DNA of 64,000 nucleotides from Octopus vulgaris. Taxonomy: Eukaryota. The notes beneath the pieces are model-generated. The model was not told the DNA's origin. It did no database searches and saw only the letters and a program-made list of their open reading frames with translations. Within the stretch, counting starts at the first letter, position 1, and each line of letters begins with the position of its first letter. The stretch is taken from positions 28,706,001 to 28,770,000 of the forward strand of contig OX597831.1 of assembly GCA_951406725.2 (NCBI GenBank), given 5' to 3'. Both the position numbers and the translations under genes were made by a program. Positions 13,945 to 27,789 of this stretch are shown piece after piece.

Positions 13945-14165
13945 TACTCTCTTTTACTTGTTTCAGTCATTTGACCGCGGCCATGCTGGAGCATTGCCTT
14001 TAGTCGAGCAAATCGACCCCAGAACTTATTCTTTGTAAGCCTGGTACTTATTATGTCGGTCTCTTTTACCGAACCGCTAAGTTACGGGGACGTAAACACA
14101 CCAGCATCGGTTGTCAAGCGATATTAGGGGGGACAGCACAGACACACAAACATATACACATACAC
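13945..14165 (-). mobile_element. SINE family A, 3' half
   Basis: Identity to the tail half of 2612-3008. Confidence 0.85.
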
Positions 14166-14664
14166 ACTCCGAGTGTTACTACTCCGAGTCAGAGTTGACT
14201 TGGGAACAATAATGGCTAAGAGATGGTTCAACATCCGTCAAAACCTTAGAACTCTAAAACCGGGGCCCCACTACCGGATATAGCTTAAAGTTAAATCCAG
14301 GACAGCTTCTATCTATGGAGTCCCTGTCAAATCTTCATTTTAAGCAAAATCACGGCGCGAGTCATCACTGATGGTTCTCGTCTCTCTGACAGAAGAGCAT
14401 GGAATGGAATTCTGTTGTTGGCCGGATAGTGAGACTACAATGAAACTTTCTGAGTGCTTACGGTAGAAGGAATCTACGAAAGCTAATATAACAGATTTTG
14501 TGTGATCATTAATGGTTAAAATGACAGTTCCACGGTGTGAATTAAGATATTTCCGGTTAAAAATCAGACACCGTCTGTTTTATAAGTATATAAATCTCTG
14601 TCACTACGTAATTAGGGCTATTTTATTAGCTAGCTCGTCAAATAAATTTGTGTGTCAGCTTTGG

Positions 14665-14706
<42 letters not shown>

Positions 14707-15758
14707 GGCAGTGGGGGTGGGGGTGATAGTGTTGACGAAGTTGAGAATCATGATGATGACGATGATGGGGGGGGGGTTAGTGGTAGCCGTGGTGGATGTG
14801 GTTGTGGTGATGGTGGTGGTGGTAGTGATGGCGGCGACAACAATGGTAGCGGTAGTTGTAGTGCCTCTGGAGATTATGGATTTGACGATGACGACGACGA
14901 CTATGTTTATGACGACGACGACGATGCTGATGATGACGATACTAATGATGACAACTACAACTTTGGTAACGAGAGTGGTTTGGAGGAGGGAGATGATGAA
15001 CGCTGGCGATAATGGTGTAGATTTAATATGGTTCATTATTTAATTAGCATTATTTAATTAGACACATTACTGCAAGATATTAACACTTAATTGTCTTTAA
15101 TGACGTATAATACCGAATTAGTTTAGCGATTGACACCTTTCAGGTTCAATGTTACTCATACGTTCCACGAATATAAAAAAAACTGTTTCACCTCTGCAAG
15201 ACCGATAGTTATAGGTGAAAGGAGGGATTAATGATTTGTCCAGAAGCCAGCAATTTTACGACCTACACTAGTGAACCAATTTTCACGAAACTTTACATAC
15301 ATGTTAAACTAACATCCAGTTCAATTTTAGGCTAATTGGATTTCAATAGAAATCTATAATGGGCCCGCTAGCGGAGTTGGGTTAATAGATCATAAAATGA
15401 GAAGAGTGTAAGAGTGTTGGTGTGAGGGAAATGTAGTGGCATAGTTGAGTGTGACTGATATCAGAGAAGAGGAGGGCAACGTCGTGTAAGCGGCAAATAT
15501 GGAGTGACGGTGGGATGGTAGCGTTAGTACAGCTGTCATATACACGCGACGCTGCATACATACTTTTGTAAATGCATAAATACATGCATACACAAACACA
15601 CTTCACACACACTGCACACACACATACACATGCTCAAAAGTAACATTTAAAACACCGAGGAAGGGAAAGAAAGGTGGGTATGAGGAATACGTAGCTTTGA
15701 AAAGAGAGGGAGTAGGTGGCTTTTCTGCTGTTCATCGCAAAGAAACACTCACACACAG

Positions 15759-15817
<59 letters not shown>

Positions 15818-16544
15818 GTACATACATGCATATGTCTGCTAAGTACCATTTTAAACTCGTGATTACTCGTGTACGTTTGTAAATCTGTGTGTGTGTGTTT
15901 GTGTGTATGTGTGTGTGACTTCCTATCTGTCTGTCTGCCTCTATTTTTGTAGGGTCTTCCCTGTTACTATCACATACAGTGAAATTTAAAATTTAGTCAA
16001 AATTTTCAAATTTGGGATATTCAAAAAATTTTCCATGTAAAATCCGATTTTGTTATTTATTTGTTCCAGAAAAAATGCAGGAAAATATTACTGAGGTTAA
16101 AAGTTTTATCAATTTTACCTAATCAGAAAACAGAATTTGGAAGCTAGTATTTTCCGCATGATAGCTGTCTGTCACAAAATGAAAGCAAAATCATTACGAA
16201 GACGAATTTTTATAAAACAAACGAAAGCAAAGCATTATGACGACCAAAATTGTAAGAATTCTGAAGTTTTAATAAGTTTTAATGAATATAGCCAAGTGAA
16301 ACGGTCGAACAGACATGTAGATAATTTTTAAAGGGGGAAAATACTCAATGAAGCTTTTTGTGAAAAATTGCACAAATCTGTCTTCATCAGGAGGCTAATT
16401 TGTCGGGGACGGCATGTTCTGACATGGAATAAACAAAAATTTATATAAATATATACATATACATATATATAATATAGACACATACGTGTACATACATCTA
16501 TCTATCTATCGATCGATCGATCTATCTACCTACCTATCTATCTG

Positions 16545-16662
<118 letters not shown>

Positions 16663-17449
16663 TGTGTGTGTATGTATATATGTATGTATGTATATTTGTA
16701 TATATATATATATACATGCATAAGTGATAAAGAAAACACACGTGGTGAATTTCAGTGAAAACTATACAAAGAAGGAAAATGCACAGAAATTTTTATATTG
16801 GTCAAAATATACATATATTCTAGGAAATAAAATAGTTACACAGTCCACCGGTTTCGCTTATGCTAATCATGACTGACTAGTTAGTGATAGGGCTACAATT
16901 TCATGCTATCATAATAAGTTTTCAGTCTATGCCAGTATATTCCGATTACTTTGAACCCATAAAGAATCAAGGCATATTAAAGTGAAGCGCGCCATGAACT
17001 GGCTACTGAATATTACGCAGATCAAACCGCGAAGTCCATTATTTGACTACAGCGATCAGTGACAAACTACAATCCCTGCTGTTTGGTAATCTGCAATTCC
17101 AACAGTATTCCAAAGTATCTGTGAAGTGTAGAACCTTAAACGTGCCTATGAGTAAGAAGAAGAATCGAATATATACGTATATTTGCGTGCGGGCGCGCGT
17201 TTGTTTATGTGTTCGTTTAGCGTTGACTGTTGGAAATAAGAGTGCTCAATACCGTAAGATTAGTATTCTGTCTATCTTGGTCCAATCAGTGTCTTGTTAC
17301 TCTAATTTCCACCTGTAGTTGCACAGGATCTCGAGGCAACTATACAACTACAATGCCTACCCTATTTGTTATATATTCATAGTCTCCACTCTCTCTCTCC
17401 CTTTCCCTCCATCTGTCTTTTTCCCCTCTCGCTTTATATATATATATAT

Positions 17450-17485
<36 letters not shown>

Positions 17486-17496
17486 CCGCGTGTGTA

Positions 17497-17683
17497 TCGT
17501 TGGCGATTTTTTTCCTCCGTCTCCCTTCCTTGGATCCTTCCTTTTCCTATGTTTCTGACGAAGAGATCTGCTCGAAACGTTAAATCCTCCTTCTTTCTTT
17601 CCTTTCCTGAACGTCCAATAACACTATACTTGTTCCAGGTCCTCGCGTTGTTGTGTTTTCTCTTTGTGTTTTCGTGTTTGGAT

Positions 17684-17687
<4 letters not shown>
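17497..17687 (+). mobile_element. Short element with minimal type-I hammerhead core (Penelope pLTR/retrozyme-like)
   Basis: ttt-CTGACGA-a-gag-atctg-ctc-GAAAC-GTT-aaa at 17552-17584; lies between (GT)n and (TA)n tracts. Confidence 0.65.
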
Positions 17688-17750
<63 letters not shown>

Positions 17751-17969
17751 TAAATAGAGAAATACAATTTACAATCTAGCAATTTATTGCATTATAATAT
17801 AATATTCTATAAGATAAGATAATATAATAAATTCTTAGATTGTCAATTATATTTCTCTATTTAATTTATTATTTGTAATTTGTATTCATACCCCTACTTC
17901 TCTAGTATTCAACTGGCTGTACAAGTAAATTAGATGTTTTACCATTGAAGGAATTTTTTTCCTTCGTAT

Positions 17970-18012
<43 letters not shown>

Positions 18013-18014
<2 letters not shown>

Positions 18015-18322
18015 ACAATAATTGAGGAACGACCACAATAGGCCGTTTGACCCACTAGAAAGAGCAACCAGGGCTCCAACCGCAAATAGTAGTAATTCCG
18101 AAATTTAAGGAAAAATATAAAAACATGTTTTTTTTAATTTCGGAATTACTACTATTTGCGGTTGGAGCCCTGGCTGCTCTTTTTCTAGTGGGTCGAACGG
18201 CCTATTGTGGTCGTTACTCAATTATTGTTGAATTTGTTTATAGTCTCTGACTATTTCCTCTTTCTCACTAGACCGCTGGTGGCAAAATAATTTCTATTGA
18301 ATTTTTTACTACCCTAAATTGA

Positions 18323-18328
<6 letters not shown>
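18013..18328. repeat. (TA)n-flanked element with about 93-bp inverted arms
   Basis: 18013-18105 is the near-perfect reverse complement of 18136-18230, followed by a unique tail of about 100 bp. Confidence 0.9.
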
Positions 18329-18377
<49 letters not shown>

Positions 18378-18394
18378 AGTATGTATGTATTTTC

Positions 18395-18773
18395 TATTCT
18401 TTTACACGTTCTAGTCATTTGACTGCGGCCATGCTGGAGCACCACTTTTAGTCGAACAAATCGTTCCTAGGACTTGTTCTTTGCGAGCCTGGTACTTATT
18501 CTATCGGTCTCTTTGCCGAACCGCAAAGCTTCGGGGACATGAACACAACAAGTGATGGTGGGAGGGACAAATACAGACACAAAGACACACTCACATAAAT
18601 ATATATATATATATACAAACGAGCTTCTTTCCGTCTACTAAATCCACTCACAAGGCCTTGGTGGACCCGAGGGCATAGTATAAAACATTTTCCCAAGGTG
18701 TCACGCGGTGGGACTGAACCTGTAACCATGTGGTTGGGAGGCAAGCTTCCTACCACACAGCCGCGCCTGCGCC
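18395..18773 (-). mobile_element. SINE family A
   Basis: Diverged full-length copy of 2612-3008. Confidence 0.85.
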
Positions 18774-18867
18774 TATATATATAGGCGCTGAGAGAGAGAG
18801 AGATACATACATACATACATACATACATACATACATACATACATACATACATACATACATACATACA

Positions 18868-18900
<33 letters not shown>

Positions 18901-19184
18901 GCATACTTACATATGATAGTTATGTATGATATCTACGTTTTAGATGCCTGGAGGTTTATGACTATTAAACTCCAATCAGCTATGCAAAACAACACTTGTT
19001 TTCAAGTATCTACCCTAAATATTCAGAACTATCATTACCCTAACGTTTACACCAACCGCATACGTGTAAGTAGATCGTCACTATGAGATAACGTCTATTC
19101 TGTATACATAAGCATGTCATTACAATGATCCAACAATGATGATTTATCACAAAAGGTGAACAATAGAGGAACAATATAATACTT

Positions 19185-19718
19185 ATGTCTTCATTGCCCA
19201 CAAGGGGCTAAACATAGAGGGGACACATAAGGACAAAGGGATTAAGTCGATTACATCAACCCCAGTGCGTAACTTGTACTTATTTAATTGTCCCCGAAAG
19301 GATGAAAGGCAAAGTCGACCTCGGCAGAGTTTGAATTCAGAACGTAAAGACAGACAAACGGATTAAGTCGATTATATCGACCCCAGTGTGTAACTGGCAC
19401 TTATTTAATCGACCCCGAAAGGATGAAGGGCAAAGTCGACCTCAGCGGAATTTGAACTCAGAACGTAGCGGCAGACAAAATACCTATTTCTTTATTACCC
19501 ACAAGGGGCTAAACACAGAGAGGACAAACAAGAACAGACAAACGGATTAAGTCGATTATATCGACCCCCGTGCGTAACTGGTACTTAATTTATCGACCCC
19601 GAAAGGATGAATGGCAAAGTTGACCTCGGCGGAATTTGAACTCAGAACGTAGCGGCAGACAAAATACCGCTACGCATTTCGCCCGGCATGCTAACGATTC
19701 TGCCAGCTCGCCGTCTTA
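19185..19718 (-). mobile_element. SINE family B with three tandem internal units
   Basis: ggattaagtcgatta.atc.acccc.gtg.gtaact.g.actta.tt.at.g.ccccgaaaggatga occurs three times; head gccagctcgccg at about 19702-19713. Confidence 0.9.
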
Positions 19719-19812
19719 GTAACAATATGATATTGAAACATGGCGCAAAAGGATCTATCTTAGCAAAATAGCCATCTATGTATGTATGTATGTATGTATG
19801 TATGTATGTATG

Positions 19813-19848
<36 letters not shown>

Positions 19849-20197
19849 AGTCATCTAAATGCCTGATGCAGTAACTATGCTCTCTCTCTCTCCCTTCTTC
19901 CCTCTCTCTCTCTCTCTATTTCTCCATCTCTTTCTTCCTATCTTCCTATGACTTCATGTTTTCCACTACCGCCCTTTCTGATATCTTTCTCTCGCCTCTT
20001 TCACATATCATTCATACTCCTCTCTTTCTTTCGCTCTCACTCTTCCTCTCATTCCCATTGTACAGACACACACACACATACACACACACTCTCCCCTCTC
20101 TCCCTCCCCCTCTCTCTCTCTCTACCACACACACACACACACACACAAGCACATTCACAAATACACATCGGATTCGGTAATAGAAAATGACTATATA

Positions 20198-20276
<79 letters not shown>

Positions 20277-20930
20277 CATATATTCACATACATTCACATA
20301 CACACACGCACATACACGCACACACAACCGCTCACGTATTCCATGAGAGATTCAACATGGTGGCTACCGTAATACTTTGACATTTTTGCGTTCTAAATAT
20401 ACTTTCTCCTTTAATGGATGCACACTTATATACAAACGGATGCATAGAATCATTCACATACATATGGAAACACCTATGTATATACGTATACGTGAGTGTG
20501 CATAGGTGTGTGGGTGTGGGTGTGCGTGCGCGCGCGCCTGTGCATCTGTGTGTGGGTGCACACATGTATGTGGTTGCATGTGAGGACAACAATATATTAT
20601 TAATATGTCAACACGTCACATATTCCCTTAGTTTCCTTTTGAGAGATTTTATAATTTATACATGTGGATACGCATACATACACATACAGACATACACACT
20701 ATCATGCATACTTATATATATATATAGATATATATATATCTATATGTGTGTGTGTGTGTATGTATGTGTGTGTGCGTGTGTGTGTGTGTGTGTGTGTGAG
20801 CGTGTGTGCACGCTAGCATACATACACATTCATATATAGATATTTACATGTTATGCGTATGTATATATGTGTATATATATACGTTTACACACACACATAT
20901 ATATATACATATATATATATATATATTTAC

Positions 20931-20961
<31 letters not shown>

Positions 20962-21024
20962 TATATATGCGTATGTATGTATAATTATGTATATGTGTGT
21001 GTGTACATATTGTATATTTATATA

Positions 21025-21225
21025 CGAGGGGTGCTGAAAATTTACTAATTGTAAGGATTTGTCAAAAGGCCTAGTTGAGAGGCCAGAACTTCCGTGTTCT
21101 TTTACAGGGCTTAGAAAACCTGAAGGACCGCTGCAATATGTGTGTGAATCTGAGAGGGGAATATGTTGAATAAAATCATAATTAAATGATCCTCTTGTAT
21201 TTTCTTTTACCCATAGTCAGGAAAT
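21025..21225 (+). mobile_element. Mariner-derived MITE remnant
   Basis: Starts TA|cgaggggtgctgaaaa and contains a transposase-like C-terminus DRCNMCVNLRGEYVE*. Confidence 0.6.
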
Positions 21226-22357
21226 ATACATTTGGATATATGTACATATGTATATGTATATTTATATACTGTAAGCACACATACACATACGTATACGTAC
21301 AAATGAAATATTTTAAATTTTTATTCAATTGGAATCGATAGATAATTTACTGCATTACTGCACGGCTATTCTGAATTTCAAGCAATATATACAATGACAA
21401 TCGATTCAGGGAATGAATGGATAAAGCTAAATGTCCCCGACTCACCAGCTAGGCTGATTCTTGGTAGCCTGCATAGTTCGCTTGATCGAATATGTGGGAC
21501 ACTTAAAATATCTTTAATACTGGCTGGACTGCTTTCGTATAAGGGAAACAATTTGGCTAATACTTATGAAGCCTCTCATGGAGTGTCTACTCTACGGGTC
21601 CGTTTGCTTTAGATTTCAATGGATAAGCCTTACATCAGAAATTTTGAAGACTTTCCACAGACGATTTGCTATATGACGGTAACTCAACATTATTGCAAAT
21701 CTTCGATTATGAAACATCGCTGATTGTTTTAATATCTGGAAATCAAATGAGGTATCACCCTCAGTTCTGTGAATTATGTTTTTAGAGGGCGTTCCAGTCC
21801 ATGATTTTTGCGTTTCCAGACGGACTGAAACACTTGTTTTGCTTATCATTTGATATGAATGTGTGAATAAACTGATAAAGTCGGGGTTGTAATATGTTCG
21901 CTGTGAATCGATGCTGTACTAGTGTATAATCTCAGCTCTTTATATCACTACTTTAGAAGACAGATAACTAAAAATATCGTCGACAAAACCAGCGCATAAC
22001 TTTAATTGATACTGAAAGTGCAAGCTATGTCTAACTGAAAAGTTCCAGATATTAAAACTGCCAACGTTATCGCTTATAATAAAAGATCTGAGATATTCTC
22101 GAGTTAACGTCATCAAAAAAAATTATTTCAGATAAGATGAAATCACTCGAGAAACCAAAAAGTATCAAGAGCTGCTAGGGCAAATGCATTCAATAAGCAT
22201 CACAAAGTAACTGCTCTTCCTTGATAAGGATAACACATCTGGTCAGGATGTTTTCTATTATATCATAACATTTCTTTAGGTAATATTGAGTCTGACGCAT
22301 GTTCAATCAGGGGAGTCACCTCTACCAACGAGAAATAACCAAGCTGATGTCTTGCGG

Positions 22358-22417
<60 letters not shown>

Positions 22418-22529
22418 TTATATTTATCCACAATATATTGCCTGATTAATCGGGCATGACCATCTTACGCAAACGAACTTCGAATGACAATGGTGTGAAA
22501 AGGCAATTGATTCTGCATGCCAGCGTTTG

Positions 22530-22780
22530 CGATCACTTCGACATCTAACGTGTGGCACACTGTGACTTGTACAGGTAATGCCAATTCGATAGAGACACTG
22601 AGCTAATACAGCTTGGCACTAGTGATGTCGCAACTCATTTCTACAGCTGAGTTAACTGGAACAACGTGAAATAAAGTGTCTTGCTCAAGAACACAACACG
22701 CAGTCCGGTCCGGAAATCGAACTCACAATCTCACGATCGTAAGTTCGATGCTCTAACCACTGAGCCATGCGCCTTCACAA
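22530..22780 (-). mobile_element. tRNA-derived SINE family D (V-domain-like)
   Basis: Reverse complement reads gtgaaggcgcatggctcagtggttagag...gagttcgatttcc...gttgtgttcttgagcaagacactttatttcacgttg; other copies at 47527, 49735 and 53697. Confidence 0.8.
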
Positions 22781-22844
22781 TCATACCTAATACACCTATT
22801 ATTATAGGGATTGTTTCTCTTTTTAGGCTCCACATTCGGGTTAC

Positions 22845-22895
<51 letters not shown>

Positions 22896-23255
22896 GCATC
22901 TTCTTTCAATTCTAGTTCCATTTCTTGCCGAGTGTCTTCCTGACACCTAGGGCAGGGAGACGTACTGTATACGTTGGTAGACTATTAAAACAAACACACC
23001 AGATTGTTCATTAACAGAGTTATGTGGTAGAGATAAAGGGGGAGACAGAGAGAAAAAGAAAAAATAGAAAAGTAAACAAATAAAATAAAGGGTTAAAAAG
23101 GAAAGAAAATTCACAGCATCAATACTCTTCTCAATACATGCGACGTTCCAGTTAAGACAATATTTTGCACTTCCTTCATGGATGGAAAGTTAAGGATCAT
23201 TCTTAAATAATTGTCAGTTCTTTTTTTGATCATTCCAAGTGCTCCTACAATCACT
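22896..23255 (-). mobile_element. 3' fragment of a second R4/Dong-like LINE family
   Basis: Minus strand reads VIVGALGMIKKRTDNYLRMILNFPSMKEVQNIVLTGTSHVLRRVL (C-terminus typical of RLE-type elements) plus a 3'UTR; flanked by (TAT)n and (TTA/TTG)n. Confidence 0.75.
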
Positions 23256-23289
23256 ATTATTAGTGATTATTATTATTGTTGTTATTATT

Positions 23290-23355
<66 letters not shown>

Positions 23356-23361
23356 ATTATT

Positions 23362-23394
<33 letters not shown>

Positions 23395-24924
23395 ATTGTT
23401 TAGTGAATCAGTAGCACATGTCATCAGAGTGAAACTGGGGTGATATATTTTGTAAGAGATTGACAATGGCCTAGAAGATTCGCTTTGCCAGCTCATCAGG
23501 TCTGATGACGATTGGTAAGACGAAACTTAGAAGTCACTGTCTTGTAAAAAAAATTAAAAAATATGGACTCTAATGAAAAGTATTGAATAATCCCTCAGTT
23601 TAAAATAAAACACACACACACACACATATTGACACAGGCGTGGCTGTGGGATAAAAAGCTTGCTTCCCAACCATATGGTTCTGGGTCCTTAGCGTTTCGA
23701 CCGATAGAATATGTACCAGGTTTTAAAAACATCAAGTACTGGAGTCGATTCATTCGACTAAAAATTCTTCAAAGCCGTGCCCCAGCATTGCCGCGGTCTA
23801 ATGACCGAAACAAGCAAAATGGTAAAACGATTACATATATTCATATAAGAGATTGGAGCAATCTCGAGTATAACCAGCCGAAATTGCAAAGATATTCTGG
23901 AACTCGGCTGAGGATAGAAATCTCCGAATGATCCGTCCTTGTTTTCCTTGTATCGTCTGTCTGGATATTTTGCGTTCTTGTCCCATTTTTGTATGTTTTT
24001 ACATATATTCATGCAGACATAAAAAGCACGAACCGTCATTAATTACTCAGGGTAGGCAGTTGGTGACGTTTATGTAGTAAAACACTCAAAGAAATAAGCG
24101 AAACACAGGCGCGCGACTGAGTTGGAGGCAGATATGCTTCTGCCTTTATAGTGCGTATAGAAAACGTTGTTGTAGGAATGTACGCAGCACGTGTACTACA
24201 GCAGTACTATGCGTAGCTTTAATACAGAGATTGAAAAGCAGGGGTGAATTATGCGTACCTAATCTACAAAAGAATAAAATATTTTGTATTTTATGCATAG
24301 TAATCAGAGTAACCTTCATAATTTTATTGAATTAAATGCATATTTTGCCATAAACGGAAACTGTTGCTATCGATCTATTTTATTCGGGATAGGAACTATA
24401 TACCTTGCCTACCCAGCCGGCACGTCCCTGATACATACATACATACATACTTACATACATACATACATACATGCATACATACATACATACATACATACAT
24501 ACATACATACATACATACATACATACATACATACATACATACATACATACGTACGTACATATGTGTTTGTGTGTATTTGTAAGTATGTGTTTGGATCATG
24601 TGCGCAACAACAAAACGAAATGCAAATGAAATATTATAAGATAATAAATAACGCATATTTTATAAACGATGACGTCATCAACGTTGTTTTCGTGCCAATG
24701 GTGATAGAGTATTGATAATGGGTGATTTCACTTCGTCTCTTACCTAAGCTATAAAATAATATTTTTGCTTCTACCGTCTCTTCTCTCCAATATTATAGAA
24801 TATATTCGTAAAATATATTCTTGTTTCTAAATATCTTTGTCTGTCTGTGTTTGTCTGTCCTTTTCCAGTGTTTTTTTCCTATGAAAATATCGATTTTTTT
24901 TCTTGTTTTACTTTTGATCTTTTA

Positions 24925-25218
24925 TGTATTTTAGTCATTTCACTCTGGCCATGCTGGGGCACCGCTTTTGAAGGATTGCATTCGAACAAATCGAATGGCG
25001 CTTATTTCTTTTTCTTTTTTCTTTTTTTTTAAAGCCTGGTACTTATTCTATCAGTTGACTTTTACCGAACAGCTAGGTTGCGGGGATGTGAACAAACCAA
25101 CACTGGTTGTCAAGCGGTGGTGGGAACAAACACAACACAAACACCACAGAAACACAACTTGCACACATGAGTACATACACGGATACACACACACACACAT
25201 ACATACATACATACATAC

Positions 25219-25249
<31 letters not shown>

Positions 25250-25471
25250 CATACATACATACATACATACATACATACATACATGCGGGTGTGCGCGCGC
25301 ATCCGTGTGTATGATAGGCCTCTACACAGTTTCCGTCTATTAAATCTACTCGCAAGGCTTAGGTCAGGCCAGATCTATTGTAGGCACTTTCCCAAGGAAG
25401 TGCACAGTGGGATTGATCCCAAGATCTCATTGTTGGAAAGCAGGTGTCTTAATCACACATCCATGCCTGCG
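24925..25471 (-). mobile_element. SINE family A, old diverged copy
   Basis: Colinear similarity to family A with an expanded internal (TACA)n. Confidence 0.75.
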
Positions 25472-25992
25472 CTAATGTTGTTGCTATCGTTGCTTCGGCC
25501 TGTTTACTTCTGATTGAACAGAACTTTGATCATAGCCTTCCGTACGTGACCATCCCGGCTTTTTGTATGTTACGAATAACCTTGTTCAAACGTGTCCTTC
25601 GAAGGATAGAAGACTGCTATTCTTAAAAGTTTATCTATTAGAAGCTGTCCTATTGATATCAGTGCAATGCGGCGTCAATTATAAGTGATGATCATTTTAT
25701 GAGGTGATGGTCATTACGGCCATTATACGCGGTGGTCATTATATGTGTTGTTATGTTTGGTGGTAAAAGCGATGAGCTCGCCGAATCGTTAATACTTCGG
25801 ACAAAATTACCAGCGACAAATCTTGAAGCTCTGAGCTCAAATTCCTCCAAAGCCGACTTTGCTTTTCATTCTTTCTGGTCGATAAAATAAATTAGCTGCA
25901 GTTGAGCATTAGCCTTGATATAATCAGCAAGCGCCCTCACCTAAGATTTCAGGCCTTGTACCTACTGTAGAGATTATTGTATCTCCTGCTAC

Positions 25993-26440
25993 AGGCGGCG
26001 AGCTGGCAGAAACGTTAGCACGCCGGGCGAAATCCGTAGCTGTATTTTGTCTGCCGCTACGTTCTGAGTTCAAATTCCGCCGAGGTCGACTTTGCCTTTC
26101 ATCCTTTCGGGGTCGATAAATTAAGTACCAGTTACGCACTGAGGTCGATACAATCGTCTTTATCCGTTCGTCTGTCCTTGTTTGTCCCCTCTATGTTTAG
26201 CCCCTTGTGGGCAATAAATAAATAAGAATCGTTAGCACGTCAAAGAAAATGCCTAGAGACATTTCTTTCTTTTTTGTCTCTCCCCATCCATCCGTTCTGA
26301 GTTCAAATTCCGCCGAGAAAAACCTTGCCTTTCGTCATTTCAAGGTCGATAAAACAAAATACCAGTCAAATACTAAGACCAATGTTTTTGGCTTACCACC
26401 ACTTTTCTCGAAATCGCTGACCTTGAGCCGAAATTTAAAG
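25993..26440 (+). mobile_element. SINE family B
   Basis: Head ggcggcgagctggcagaaacgttagcacgccgggcgaaat plus one unit, followed by an older diverged unit. Confidence 0.85.
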
Positions 26441-26515
26441 CAATCATATATAGTGGTAGTTATTAAATCTCGTAGTGGTCATTGTATATGGTGGTCATTA
26501 TATGTAATGGTTGTT

Positions 26516-26915
26516 AGGAGTGGCTGTGTGGTAAGTACCTTGCTTACGAACCACAAGGTTCCGGTTTCAGTCCCACTAGGTGGTACCTTGAGCAAGTGTC
26601 TTCTACTATAGCCTCGGGCCGACCAAAGCCTTGTGAGTGGATTTGGTAGACGGAAACTGAAAGAAGCCCGTCATATATATGTATATATATATATTTTTGC
26701 ATGTGTTTGTGTGTCTGTGTTTGTCCCCCCAACATCGCTTGACAACCGATGCTAGTGTGTTTACGTCTCCGTAACTTAGCGGTTCGGTAAAAGAAACCGA
26801 TAAAATAAGTACTAGGCTTACAAAGAATAAGTCCTGGGGTCGATTTGCTCGACTAAAAGGCGGTATTCCAGCATGGCTACAGTCACATGACTGAAGCGAG
26901 TAAAACAGTAAAAGA
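26516..26915 (+). mobile_element. SINE family A
   Basis: Full-length copy in + orientation. Confidence 0.9.
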
Positions 26916-27416
26916 TTATATGTGGTCCAGCTAATTTATATATGATGGTCATTATATCTATATCCAGTGGTAGTCATTACATGCCATGGTGAATATGTGT
27001 GAGCATTACATGCGGTAGTGATTATGTGTGATGTTGTCATTCCATCAGGAGGTTATTATTTCTAGTGGTTACTATATATAGTGGTCACAATACATAACGG
27101 CGGGGTGGGTCATTAATTCTTTGTAATCCACTTGTTTGTGTTGCTTCTTTTAAAATACAAATGAACACAATATTTTTTTCTTCTCCTGAATTCTATAAAA
27201 TCTTTTCTCAATGCCTGTAACGTTTCTGTCTATAGTACGTCTCTATTTTCGTTTCTACTTGCATGTTTAAACGCACCACTTGATATACATGTGTGTGTGT
27301 GTGATATGTTTGTATGTACATATGTATCTGTATATATATGTATGTATGTATATGAATGCACACACACACATATATATTCATACATACATACATACATACA
27401 TACATACATACATACA

Positions 27417-27447
<31 letters not shown>

Positions 27448-27789
27448 GTAGATACACACATGCATATATTTTTGTGTTAATGAGTCAATGTATTCTTCGA
27501 AAATATTCACTACGTTCGCTGGTACATTTGCAAATATATTTGAATGGTTTAACATACGTATGAATGTCTGTATGTGTGTATGTGTGTGTTCGTATATATA
27601 CATACATATATATTTATATATGTATGTATGTATAGGAATGTCTTAATATGTGCCTATGTAAATGATACGTATCTACAGCTGTCTCATTAGATGTATTTAG
27701 GCTGGAAGCCTACAGTTGCTAAGTACGTTTATTTGAGAAGAGATATCACAGTAAATTTGTTATTAACATAATATAAAATAGTATTCTAT

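Noticed and set aside
21300-22330. Unique-looking region with 72-77 aa ORFs
   Set aside because: No recognisable motif or compatible splice pair.
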